A stretch of 27,946 nucleotides of DNA from a virus (IMGVR_UViG_3300023184_000430:1-27946), one strand, 5' to 3'; counted from the first letter of the stretch, positions 1-6,660 are shown. Program-made: numbers and translations. The notes: generated by a model not told the origin, from the sequence alone.

Positions 1-89
1 AGAATCAAGTCTATGATCAAGTCTGGCATCAAGTCTCGATTCAAGTCTGGAATCAAGTCTCGATTCAAGTCAAAGAGAATGTCAAATGA
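1..89 (+). CDS. xxQV-repeat small protein, 5'-truncated by window edge (..NQVYDQVWHQVSIQVWNQVSIQVKENVK)
   Basis: Translated by hand from position 3; stop TGA 87-89 overlaps the next ATG (ATGA); tail KENVK matches the other family members. Confidence 0.75.
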   Translation, partial: NQVYDQVWHQVSIQVWNQVSIQVKENVK

Positions 90-175
90 TATCAGTTAAG
101 GATCAAGTCAGGCGTCAAGTCTGGAATCAAGTCAGGAATCAAGTCTCGAATCAAGTCAGAGAGAACATAAAATGA
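86..175 (+). CDS. xxQV-repeat small protein, 29 aa (MISVKDQVRRQVWNQVRNQVSNQVRENIK)
   Basis: ATG 86, TGA 173-175; ATGA overlaps at both ends; below the ORF-track size cut-off. Confidence 0.7.
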   Translation: MISVKDQVRRQVWNQVRNQVSNQVRENIK

Positions 176-357
176 AATCGGTCGTGGATCAAGTCTGGAT
201 TCAAGTCTCGAATCAAGTCTATGATCAAGTCTCGAATCAAGTCTGGCATCAAGTCTGGCATCAAGTCTATGATCAAGTCCATAATCAAGTCGGGATTCAA
301 GTCTGGTCTCAAGTCCGGGATCAAGTCAGGAATCAAGTCAGAGAGAACATAAAATGA
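172..357 (+). CDS. xxQV-repeat small protein, 61 aa, 13 units
   Basis: ORF track; head MKSVVDQV, tail RENIK; purine-rich AGAGAG upstream; ATGA coupling. Confidence 0.8.
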   Translation: MKSVVDQVWIQVSNQVYDQVSNQVWHQVWHQVYDQVHNQVGIQVWSQVRDQVRNQVRENIK

Positions 358-539
358 AATCGGTCGTGGATCAAGTCTCGAATCAAGTCTGGAATCAAGT
401 CGGGATTCAAGTCACGAATCAAGTCTGGATTCAAGTCTCGAATCAAGTCCGGGATCAAGTCTTGAATCAAGTCTCGAATCAAGTCTGGATTCAAGTCTGG
501 AATCAAGTCTGGAATCAAGTCAGAGAGAACACCAGATGA
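354..539 (+). CDS. xxQV-repeat small protein, 61 aa, 13 units
   Basis: ORF track; head MKSVVDQV, tail RENTR; ATGA coupling. Confidence 0.8.
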   Translation: MKSVVDQVSNQVWNQVGIQVTNQVWIQVSNQVRDQVLNQVSNQVWIQVWNQVWNQVRENTR

Positions 540-730
540 AATCTGTTAAAAATCAAGTCTCGAATCAAGCCCATAATCAAGTCTATAATCAAGTCAGGAA
601 TCAAGTCTATAATCAAGTCTGGAATCAAGTCTCGAATAAAGTCTTAGATCAAGTCAGGCATCAAGTCGGGCATCAAGTCTGGAATCAAGTCTTGAATCAA
701 ACAATTTATCATTCGCATAACAAGGAATAG
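536..730 (+). CDS. xxQV-repeat small protein, 64 aa, 13 units, divergent tail
   Basis: ORF track; head MKSVKNQV; the tail carries the AAGGA SD of the next gene. Confidence 0.75.
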   Translation: MKSVKNQVSNQAHNQVYNQVRNQVYNQVWNQVSNKVLDQVRHQVGHQVWNQVLNQTIYHSHNKE

Positions 731-734
731 AACA

Positions 735-1367
735 ATGAAGATTAATATTGGACCTTATAAATATTGGTTTGGGCCATATCAACTTTGTGCTTTACTGAAG
801 TATGTTGGTGTATCCGAATCTGGTCGTGATAATATTGCCGAAAAGATATCAGCAAAGCCATTCGACTGGTTTAATAAAAAGTTTAAGAAGAGAAAGATCA
901 TCATTCGAATTGATGATTATGATACATGGTCTGCGGATCATACTCTCTCGCTCATTATTCATCCTTTGCTTGTTAAGTTGAAGAATAATAAAGATGGTGC
1001 ACCTTATATCGATGATGAAGATGCTCCGGAAAATCTTAGATCAACGAGTGCAAAGCCAAAAGAAAATGAATGGGACACAGATGAGTTCCATTTTGATCGA
1101 TGGGATTATGTATTAGACGAAATGATCTTTGCTTTTGAAAAAAGTATCGACAATTCTTGGGAAGAAGAATTCTATTCAGGCAAATCTGATACTGAATGGA
1201 AATGTATCAATGAGGATGAAACTGATCCAGAAAAAAGACTATATGAAGCTTTCAGTGGACCAAATGACACTTTCAAAGTTGATCGTGATGGAATTAAAAA
1301 GATTCAGATTCGAATGCAGAATGGTTATAGATTGTTTGGTAAATATTATTCACACTTATGGACATAA
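735..1367 (+). CDS. Conserved phage hypothetical protein (210 aa)
   Basis: Long ORF with SD AAGGA; the motif RIDDYDTWSADHTLSLIIHP..GAP..RWDYVLDEMIFAF resembles uncharacterised large-phage proteins. Confidence 0.85.
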   Translation: MKINIGPYKYWFGPYQLCALLKYVGVSESGRDNIAEKISAKPFDWFNKKFKKRKIIIRIDDYDTWSADHTLSLIIHPLLVKLKNNKDGAPYIDDEDAPENLRSTSAKPKENEWDTDEFHFDRWDYVLDEMIFAFEKSIDNSWEEEFYSGKSDTEWKCINEDETDPEKRLYEAFSGPNDTFKVDRDGIKKIQIRMQNGYRLFGKYYSHLWT

Positions 1368-1368
1368 T

Positions 1369-1530
1369 ATGATATCAGTTAAGGATCAAGTCTGGGATCA
1401 AGTCTCGAATCAAGTCTATGATCAAGTTCGGTCTCAAGTCTCGAATCAAGTCAGGCATCAAGTCTTGAATCAAGTCTGGGTTCAAGTCGGGCATCAAGTC
1501 TGGAATCAAGTCAAAGAAAACACCAAATGA
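1369..1530 (+). CDS. xxQV-repeat small protein, 53 aa, 11 units
   Basis: True start most likely ATG 1369 (MISVKDQV, same head as 86-175), 1 nt after the upstream stop; tail KENTK. Confidence 0.78.
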   Translation: MISVKDQVWDQVSNQVYDQVRSQVSNQVRHQVLNQVWVQVGHQVWNQVKENTK

Positions 1531-1694
1531 AATCAGTTAGGAATCAAGTCTGGAATCAAGTCTTGAATAAAGTCTCGATTCAAGTCGGGGATCAAGTCGA
1601 TGATCAAGTCTGGAATCAAGTCTGGAATCAAGTCAGGGATCAAGTCAGGGATCAAGTCTATGATCAAGTCAGGCGTCAAGTCTGGAATCAAGTC
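1381..1694 (+). repeat. 12-bp tandem repeat array locus 2
   Basis: Same TCAAGTC 12-bp periodicity; 24 units by hand count. Confidence 0.97.
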
Positions 1695-1751
1695 GAAGAG
1701 ACATATCTTGACAAAACTCCAAATTATGATATACTATATAATGAAGAATGA
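1527..1751 (+). CDS. xxQV-repeat small protein, 74 aa, 13 units plus non-repeat tail
   Basis: ORF track; ATGA overlaps; the tail runs through a promoter-like sequence. Confidence 0.75.
   Translation: MKSVRNQVWNQVLNKVSIQVGDQVDDQVWNQVWNQVRDQVRDQVYDQVRRQVWNQVEETYLDKTPNYDILYNEE
1708..1737 (+). promoter_or_regulatory. sigma70-type promoter
   Basis: cTTGACA 1708-1713; TGaTATACT (16-bp spacer) or TACTAT (18-bp spacer). Confidence 0.6.
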
Positions 1752-2050
1752 AAAGGAACTTAGTGATGTCTGCTGATAATGGAATATATATTATTGAAAC
1801 TGATGGCCCTGAATATCGTGTTGTCTTTAGCCAAGCGATTGATAATATTTATGGTATGTTCAATGATGAAACAAATCATTGGAAAGGTGATGATAAAATG
1901 ATCCTTGAATATTTTGGATCATCCGTAACATATCGAAATCTTGAAGATGCATGGGATGCAGCCACCGTAATGAGTCATGAATATGAATATCTTGAAGATG
2001 GTATTTGTTTAATTCGTGATTTTAAGGATCGAAAGTTCTCAGAACTTTGA
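1748..2050 (+). CDS. Hypothetical acidic protein (start may be ATG 1766, MSADNGIY)
   Basis: ORF track; operon packing; AAGGA just upstream of the second Met. Confidence 0.75.
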   Translation: MKRNLVMSADNGIYIIETDGPEYRVVFSQAIDNIYGMFNDETNHWKGDDKMILEYFGSSVTYRNLEDAWDAATVMSHEYEYLEDGICLIRDFKDRKFSEL

Positions 2051-2060
2051 AAGGTAATAA

Positions 2061-2915
2061 ATGTCAATTCTTGTTGACTTGAATCAAGTATTAATCGCTA
2101 ATCTGATGCAGCAGATTAGTCATGATCCAAAAATGAAATTAGATGAAAATCTTATTCGGCATATGGTCCTGAATAGTCTCCGATCATATTCAAAGCAGTT
2201 CAAATCTAAATATGGTGATCTGGTAATTTGCTGTGATAGCAAAACTTACTGGCGCCGCGAGTATTTTCCGTTCTATAAAGCTAACCGTAAGAAAGACCGT
2301 GAAAAGTCTAATCTCGATTGGAATCTTATTTTTCAGGCACTGAACAAAATCAGGGATGAACTTAAGATTAACTTTCCTTATCGTGTGCTTGATATCGAGG
2401 GTGCGGAGGCGGACGATGTTATCGGTGTTTTGTCTGCTCGATTATCATCGAACGAAGACATTCTCATTTTGTCCTCGGACAAAGACTTCGCTCAACTCCA
2501 GAAGTATTCTTCGGTATCTCAGTATAGCCCTATACTCAAGCGATTTATCAAGAATGAGAATCCACTTTCTTATCTAAAAGAGCATATTATTCGTGGTGAT
2601 AGAGGGGATGGAGTGCCTAATTTTCTGTCGTCCGACAATGTTTTCGTGATAGGTGAGCGCCAGAAAGTCATAAATAAGAAGAGACTTACAGAATGGATTA
2701 ATAGTGATCCAATAGAATTTTGTGTAAATGATACTATGCTTCGAGGATACAAGAGAAATCAGACATTGGTAGATTTAGACTATACACCTGAAAGCATCAA
2801 GTCGAAGATTGTTGACGCATATGATAATACAAAGCCGAATAGCAGGCAGAAGCTACTCACATATTTTATTGAGAATAGACTCAAGAACCTCATTCCCATA
2901 ATCGATGAATTTTAA
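2061..2915 (+). CDS. rnh: T4-type RNase H / 5'-3' flap exonuclease
   Basis: Motifs ILVDLNQ, DSKTYWRREYFPFYKANRK, GAEADD, SSDKDFAQL, GDRGDGVPN. Confidence 0.95.
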   Translation: MSILVDLNQVLIANLMQQISHDPKMKLDENLIRHMVLNSLRSYSKQFKSKYGDLVICCDSKTYWRREYFPFYKANRKKDREKSNLDWNLIFQALNKIRDELKINFPYRVLDIEGAEADDVIGVLSARLSSNEDILILSSDKDFAQLQKYSSVSQYSPILKRFIKNENPLSYLKEHIIRGDRGDGVPNFLSSDNVFVIGERQKVINKKRLTEWINSDPIEFCVNDTMLRGYKRNQTLVDLDYTPESIKSKIVDAYDNTKPNSRQKLLTYFIENRLKNLIPIIDEF

Positions 2916-2928
2916 TAAGGAATAAATT

Positions 2929-3351
2929 ATGAAAAAGAACATACATGAAGTATTTGAAGAATTTGAGAAGGCCAAAACTAAGCCCGAAAGAATTAAGGTG
3001 CTTAAGGACAATAATACATATGAATTAAGAAACGTATTACAGGGCACATATGATCCAAGAATCGAATTCATTTTTGAGAAGATGCCAAAATATAAGTCCT
3101 CAGATGCTCCGATTGGGCTAGGGTATAGCACGATTCATCAAGAACTTGATAGGATATATCTATATGAAAAGAATAATCCTAGAGTAAGCCCAAATTTATC
3201 TAATGATAGAAAGAAGCAACTTCTTATTCAAACACTAGAATGTCTTGAAGAAAAAGAAGCAAAGATTTTTGCTAATATGCTCCTTAAGAAACAAGAAGTA
3301 AAAGGACTGAATGCTACAATCGTAAAGGAAGCTTTTCCTGAATTGTTCTAA
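2929..3351 (+). CDS. Conserved T4-like phage hypothetical protein
   Basis: ORF with SD AAGGA; resembles the conserved protein found downstream of rnh in T4-like phages (ends ..VKEAFPELF). Confidence 0.8.
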   Translation: MKKNIHEVFEEFEKAKTKPERIKVLKDNNTYELRNVLQGTYDPRIEFIFEKMPKYKSSDAPIGLGYSTIHQELDRIYLYEKNNPRVSPNLSNDRKKQLLIQTLECLEEKEAKIFANMLLKKQEVKGLNATIVKEAFPELF

Positions 3352-3405
3352 TATGCGTTTGATGCGTATCTTTATCATGAAAACCTTAAATGGGGATATA
3401 GATAA

Positions 3406-3801
3406 ATGTCAAGGATACATAAACATAAATCTAAACTTATTAAATTGAAGAATGATAAAAACAAAAATACATATATAACAACAAAAGAAGATTGTATCAA
3501 GTGGTCAAGAATAATAAACAGAGAAATATTTAATAATCAACTACCAGACATTGATAATATTGAAATAGGATGGCGAAGAAAATGTTGGGCATATTATGTA
3601 TATGATGTAAATAAAAAAGGCGAGAAATATATCAAATTGGCTATGAATAAAAAATATCCATCTAAACTGTTCTTTGTAGAAGTACTAGCACATGAACTTA
3701 TACATCACTATCAATTTCTATTTGGTGACCCAGTAGGGCATGGGCCATCATTTTCTGACTGGACTGACAAATTCAACAATAGAGGGCTAAATTTAGTATA
3801 A
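3406..3801 (+). CDS. SprT-like zinc metalloprotease
   Basis: HExxH (LAHELIHH) followed by HGxxF; N-terminal IINREIFNNQLP typical of SprT-like domains. Confidence 0.8.
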   Translation: MSRIHKHKSKLIKLKNDKNKNTYITTKEDCIKWSRIINREIFNNQLPDIDNIEIGWRRKCWAYYVYDVNKKGEKYIKLAMNKKYPSKLFFVEVLAHELIHHYQFLFGDPVGHGPSFSDWTDKFNNRGLNLV

Positions 3802-3805
3802 TACC

Positions 3806-3979
3806 ATGACACTAAAAAATAATACGTATCGTGAAGATTATGATGATTATGATGAAGAAGACCGAAAGCGTAATAAAAAACTTCATCAAGAACATCGACG
3901 ACCTGTGCGAAACTGGAAAAAAGTATGGTCAGAACATAGTGATGATATGGAAGACATAGAGAAGTATTACAATAAGTAG
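3806..3979 (+). CDS. Small charged hypothetical protein, 57 aa (MTLKNNTYREDYDDYDEEDRKRNKK...)
   Basis: Hand-translated ORF filling the gap after the SprT gene; not in ORF track. Confidence 0.65.
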   Translation: MTLKNNTYREDYDDYDEEDRKRNKKLHQEHRRPVRNWKKVWSEHSDDMEDIEKYYNK

Positions 3980-4006
3980 TAACTATTTATAGCATATACT
4001 AAAAGT

Positions 4007-4058
4007 TGTAGTAATATTGTTATGGAGCCTTCATAATCTTCGCAACAATATTGCTACG
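4007..4058 (+). other. Imperfect inverted repeat / RNA hairpin
   Basis: TGTAGTAATATTGTTATG pairs with CGCAACAATATTGCTACG (G-U pairs, one mismatch). Confidence 0.5.
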
Positions 4059-4065
4059 ATTTCTC

Positions 4066-4094
4066 TTGCATTGTTTCCGAGTTCATGGTAATAT
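4066..4094 (+). promoter_or_regulatory. sigma70-type promoter, probably giving a leaderless mRNA
   Basis: cTTGCAT-17 bp-TAATAT with extended TG; ATG 6 nt downstream of the -10. Confidence 0.6.
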
Positions 4095-4100
4095 ATACTC

Positions 4101-4415
4101 ATGATCAAGAAACGAAAAGCTCGGTGTGACCGCAAGCATATCATATATGAGATATCCCTAGGCCCTAAGTCTTATATCGGTATCACATATGTTGAAGCCC
4201 AGGCCCCGAAGCGGTCCATGCGTCGCCGGTGGCAAAAGCATGTAAGACGCGCTTTGACTGAAAACCGCGACTGGAAGCTTTGCAAAGCGATCCGGAAGTA
4301 TGGTCCTGAAGCATTTACTCTCCAAATACTTGAAATCGTTAGAGGAAAAGCTTCGGCTCATGCCCGGGAACGCGAACTTATATTCCAATACAACCCAATG
4401 TTGAATACTCAGTGA
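4101..4415 (+). CDS. Small stand-alone GIY-YIG nuclease
   Basis: IIY..(9)..YIG, RRWQKH, ERELI and terminal LN: canonical GIY-YIG motifs. Confidence 0.8.
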   Translation: MIKKRKARCDRKHIIYEISLGPKSYIGITYVEAQAPKRSMRRRWQKHVRRALTENRDWKLCKAIRKYGPEAFTLQILEIVRGKASAHARERELIFQYNPMLNTQ

Positions 4416-4454
4416 GCCATGCATTTCCGCATAGCAGCTATGTGATAATAACAC

Positions 4455-4483
4455 TTGACTCTATACGGAATAACTGCTATTCT
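4455..4483 (+). promoter_or_regulatory. sigma70-type promoter
   Basis: cTTGACT-17 bp-TATTCT with extended TG. Confidence 0.7.
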
Positions 4484-4521
4484 AATAGCATAAGTTGAAC
4501 AGACAAAGAAAGACCTACACT

Positions 4522-4680
4522 ATGAACAAGCGTAAATATAAGACCTACACTGTGGCCATGATGAACAAGCGCGAAAATATGACCGAATCTCGCGGGCTTG
4601 TTGCCGTTTTCTTGAAGAAGGGTGGCAAGATCACTGTGTGTGCTCCTAGTAAGAGCCGCTTTAAGACGTTCAAGCGTTAA
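4522..4680 (+). CDS. Small basic hypothetical protein (FLKKGGKIT motif)
   Basis: ATG 4522 follows the same 17-nt leader as the next gene; the ORF track starts at TTG 4495. Confidence 0.65.
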   Translation: MNKRKYKTYTVAMMNKRENMTESRGLVAVFLKKGGKITVCAPSKSRFKTFKR

Positions 4681-4709
4681 TCGAAACACGAAAAGAAAGA
4701 CCTACACTT

Positions 4710-4952
4710 ATGTCTACCAATATGAACCGCCTCTATGACTTTTGTGCTACTGACTCTTCATTTGCGAACGGCCGCGCCACTAAGCAGGTCGACTCGGGAA
4801 TGCCGACAAGCAAGATGTCTATTCCGTGTGATGGTTGCTCGAAAGCTAATATCTGTGCGATTAGCGGACTCGAATGTAAAGCTTTCAAGCAGTGGTCTAT
4901 CACGGGAAAATATAATAATAAAAACATCGCTAAATCTTTCCAGTCTATCTAA
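4710..4952 (+). CDS. Small Cys-rich protein, putative metal-binding (CxxC-x5-C-x6-C)
   Basis: PCDGCSKANICAISGLEC in translation. Confidence 0.7.
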   Translation: MSTNMNRLYDFCATDSSFANGRATKQVDSGMPTSKMSIPCDGCSKANICAISGLECKAFKQWSITGKYNNKNIAKSFQSI

Positions 4953-4954
4953 TA

Positions 4955-5128
4955 ATGAAATCTGTCCATAAACAAGTCTGGAATCAAGTCTGGAATCAAG
5001 TCTATGATCAAGTCTGGAATCAAGTCTCGATTCAAGTCTGGTCTCAAGTCTTGAATCAAGTCCGCGATCAAGTCTTGAATCAAGTCTCGAATCAAGTCTC
5101 GAATCAAGTCGATGAGAACATAAAATGA
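4955..5128 (+). CDS. xxQV-repeat small protein, 57 aa, 12 units (MKSVHKQV...DENIK)
   Basis: Hand-translated; ATG 4955, TGA 5126-5128 overlapping the next ATG; not in ORF track. Confidence 0.78.
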   Translation: MKSVHKQVWNQVWNQVYDQVWNQVSIQVWSQVLNQVRDQVLNQVSNQVSNQVDENIK

Positions 5129-5292
5129 AATCTGTCCATAAACAAGTCGAGGATCAAGTCTATAATCAAGTCTATAATCAAGTCTTGAATCAAGTCTCGA
5201 ATCAAGTCTTGAATCAAGTCTGGATTCAAGTCTCGAATCAAGTCCGGGATCAAGTCTGGAATCAAGTCAGGAATCAAGTCTGGAATCAAGTC
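4967..5292 (+). repeat. 12-bp tandem repeat array locus 3
   Basis: Same unit; 25 units by hand count. Confidence 0.97.
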
Positions 5293-5310
5293 GATGAGAA
5301 CATAAAATGA
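5125..5310 (+). CDS. xxQV-repeat small protein, 61 aa, 13 units
   Basis: ORF track; head and tail identical to 4955-5128. Confidence 0.8.
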   Translation: MKSVHKQVEDQVYNQVYNQVLNQVSNQVLNQVWIQVSNQVRDQVWNQVRNQVWNQVDENIK

Positions 5311-5591
5311 AATTATGTGAAATCGGACCAAATCAGATCGTAATGATCGTGCGCGGCAACTATATATTATGCTCATATAATATACCTGTTGCTGCACACG
5401 TGCCTAGTATCGGTTACTTTCGGACTACTAAGAAGTTTTCGAAAACCACCACTAAGCATATCAACAATTGGCTTGATGGCATTAATGCCCTCTGTGTTAC
5501 CCAAGACTCAATTGAGTCTCTTGCAAAAGATATATGTGATTGTCGCTTGACAGGCTACGATTCTTGTGATAAGATATCTAAACTGAACTAA
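5307..5591 (+). CDS. Conserved small phage hypothetical protein
   Basis: SYNIPVAA...FSKTTTKHINNWL motif resembles a widespread uncharacterised phage family; ATGA-coupled to the repeat gene. Confidence 0.75.
   Translation: MKLCEIGPNQIVMIVRGNYILCSYNIPVAAHVPSIGYFRTTKKFSKTTTKHINNWLDGINALCVTQDSIESLAKDICDCRLTGYDSCDKISKLN
5547..5575 (+). promoter_or_regulatory. sigma70-type promoter
   Basis: cTTGACA-17 bp-TAAGAT with extended TG. Confidence 0.7.
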
Positions 5592-5613
5592 ACCAAAGGA
5601 AAATATAACTACT

Positions 5614-6048
5614 ATGCCTCGCAATGCTAAATCTAACGGAATTCCTCCTCAGGTTCGCGCCCTTGCTGTAATCAAGCTGGGTGTGCCTGTCACTCCTTCG
5701 GAAATCAACAAGTGTGTTGATACTGGAAATTATGCTTCAAAGTGGATCCTCTATCTTAAGATCATGGGATTCGAATTCGAAGTTAAGAAAGACGGCCGCA
5801 ATGTCGTATCTTATACGATGATCTCCGAACCTAAGAATGCTGCTGAACTTCGCTCGATGCAGCCTAAGGTATCTAATGTAAAGAAGCCTGCAAAGGTTGC
5901 TGAGATTATTACCGTCGTTCCTAAGAAGCCCGTCAATAATCTTACTAAGATCAAGGCCGCTGCTGAGAAGCTTGCTGCTAAGACTGTTCCTACAGTTGAT
6001 CCCTCCTGGGATTCGATTGATGGTGTTGACATTAAGCAGATTGTGTGA
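5614..6048 (+). CDS. Hypothetical protein, possible N-terminal winged-helix DNA-binding domain with K/A/P-rich linker and acidic tail
   Basis: SD AAAGGA; own promoter and terminator; helix-helix-beta-hairpin pattern (fold call is inference). Confidence 0.75.
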   Translation: MPRNAKSNGIPPQVRALAVIKLGVPVTPSEINKCVDTGNYASKWILYLKIMGFEFEVKKDGRNVVSYTMISEPKNAAELRSMQPKVSNVKKPAKVAEIITVVPKKPVNNLTKIKAAAEKLAAKTVPTVDPSWDSIDGVDIKQIV

Positions 6049-6074
6049 TATCATATCTAGATAGGTCCAACTAC

Positions 6075-6104
6075 GAGCCGGGATTTATTCCTGGCTCTTT
6101 TTTT
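6075..6104 (+). terminator. Rho-independent terminator
   Basis: GAGCCGGGA-tttat-TCCTGGCTC followed by T7. Confidence 0.85.
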
Positions 6105-6120
6105 ATAACATGGAAAACAT

Positions 6121-6657
6121 ATGAATATTTTCTTCGTGGACACATCTCCAGCAATAGCAGCACAGTCATTGGTTGATAAACATGTTGTCAAGATGATTCT
6201 TGAAAGTGCTCAACTTTTATCTACTGCTCATCGTGTTCTTGATGGGCAAGAATATATTGATACGAATGGTAATCGTAAGATGAAACGATGGGAACTTCCA
6301 GATTCGCGCGAATCAGTTTTATATAAAGCAACTCATGTAAATCATCCTTCAAATATCTGGGCGCGGAGTTCAATTGAAAATTATAATTGGCTAACAGATC
6401 ATTTTTTTGCATTGTTACTCGAATATACATATCGATATGGCAAGCAGCATAAGTGTGCTGGCAGTATTGCATATACTCTAACTTCACCTCCAATCAATCT
6501 AAAAGAGTATGATATGACAGAAATTCCATCTTGTATGCCAGATATTTTTAGAATATCGTCAAAACCAGTCGAAAACTATCGGAATTACTATAAATTGGGC
6601 AAAGCCCATCTGCACAAGTATACAAAAAGAGCACCGCCAGAATGGCTTGTTATATAA
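6121..6657 (+). CDS. Pyrimidine-dimer DNA glycosylase / DenV-like family protein
   Basis: MNIF..DKHVVKMILESAQLLSTAH..THVNHPSNIWAR..YRNYY signature. Confidence 0.8.
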   Translation: MNIFFVDTSPAIAAQSLVDKHVVKMILESAQLLSTAHRVLDGQEYIDTNGNRKMKRWELPDSRESVLYKATHVNHPSNIWARSSIENYNWLTDHFFALLLEYTYRYGKQHKCAGSIAYTLTSPPINLKEYDMTEIPSCMPDIFRISSKPVENYRNYYKLGKAHLHKYTKRAPPEWLVI

Positions 6658-6660
6658 ATA
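6653..6660 (+). promoter_or_regulatory. T4-type late promoter
   Basis: Exact TATAAATA. Confidence 0.5.

Larger units (their letters stand above)
1..700 (+). repeat. 12-bp tandem repeat array locus 1, unit NNN-NNT-CAA-GTC, interrupted by gene junctions
   Basis: TCAAGTC recurs every 12 bp; about 50 units by hand count. Confidence 0.97.

Noticed and set aside
151-518. Minus-strand DLIP-repeat ORFs (also 5104-5397)
   Set aside because: Shadow frames of the repeat; the plus-strand ORFs have conserved heads and tails, ATGA coupling and the same orientation as all neighbours
1129-1368. N-terminal extension of the 1129-1530 ORF
   Set aside because: Overlaps the 735-1367 gene; the family head MISVKDQV marks the start at 1369
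1-5292. CRISPR array interpretation of the repeats
   Set aside because: The constant part is 7 nt and the variable part 5 nt with heavy reuse; this is far too short for repeats and spacers, it is in-frame coding, and there are no cas genes
1-5292. Diversity-generating retroelement (second variable codon looks like A-mutated AAT)
   Set aside because: The adenines in the adjacent CAA are invariant, first-codon variation is not A-specific, and no TR/VR pair or reverse transcriptase is present in the window
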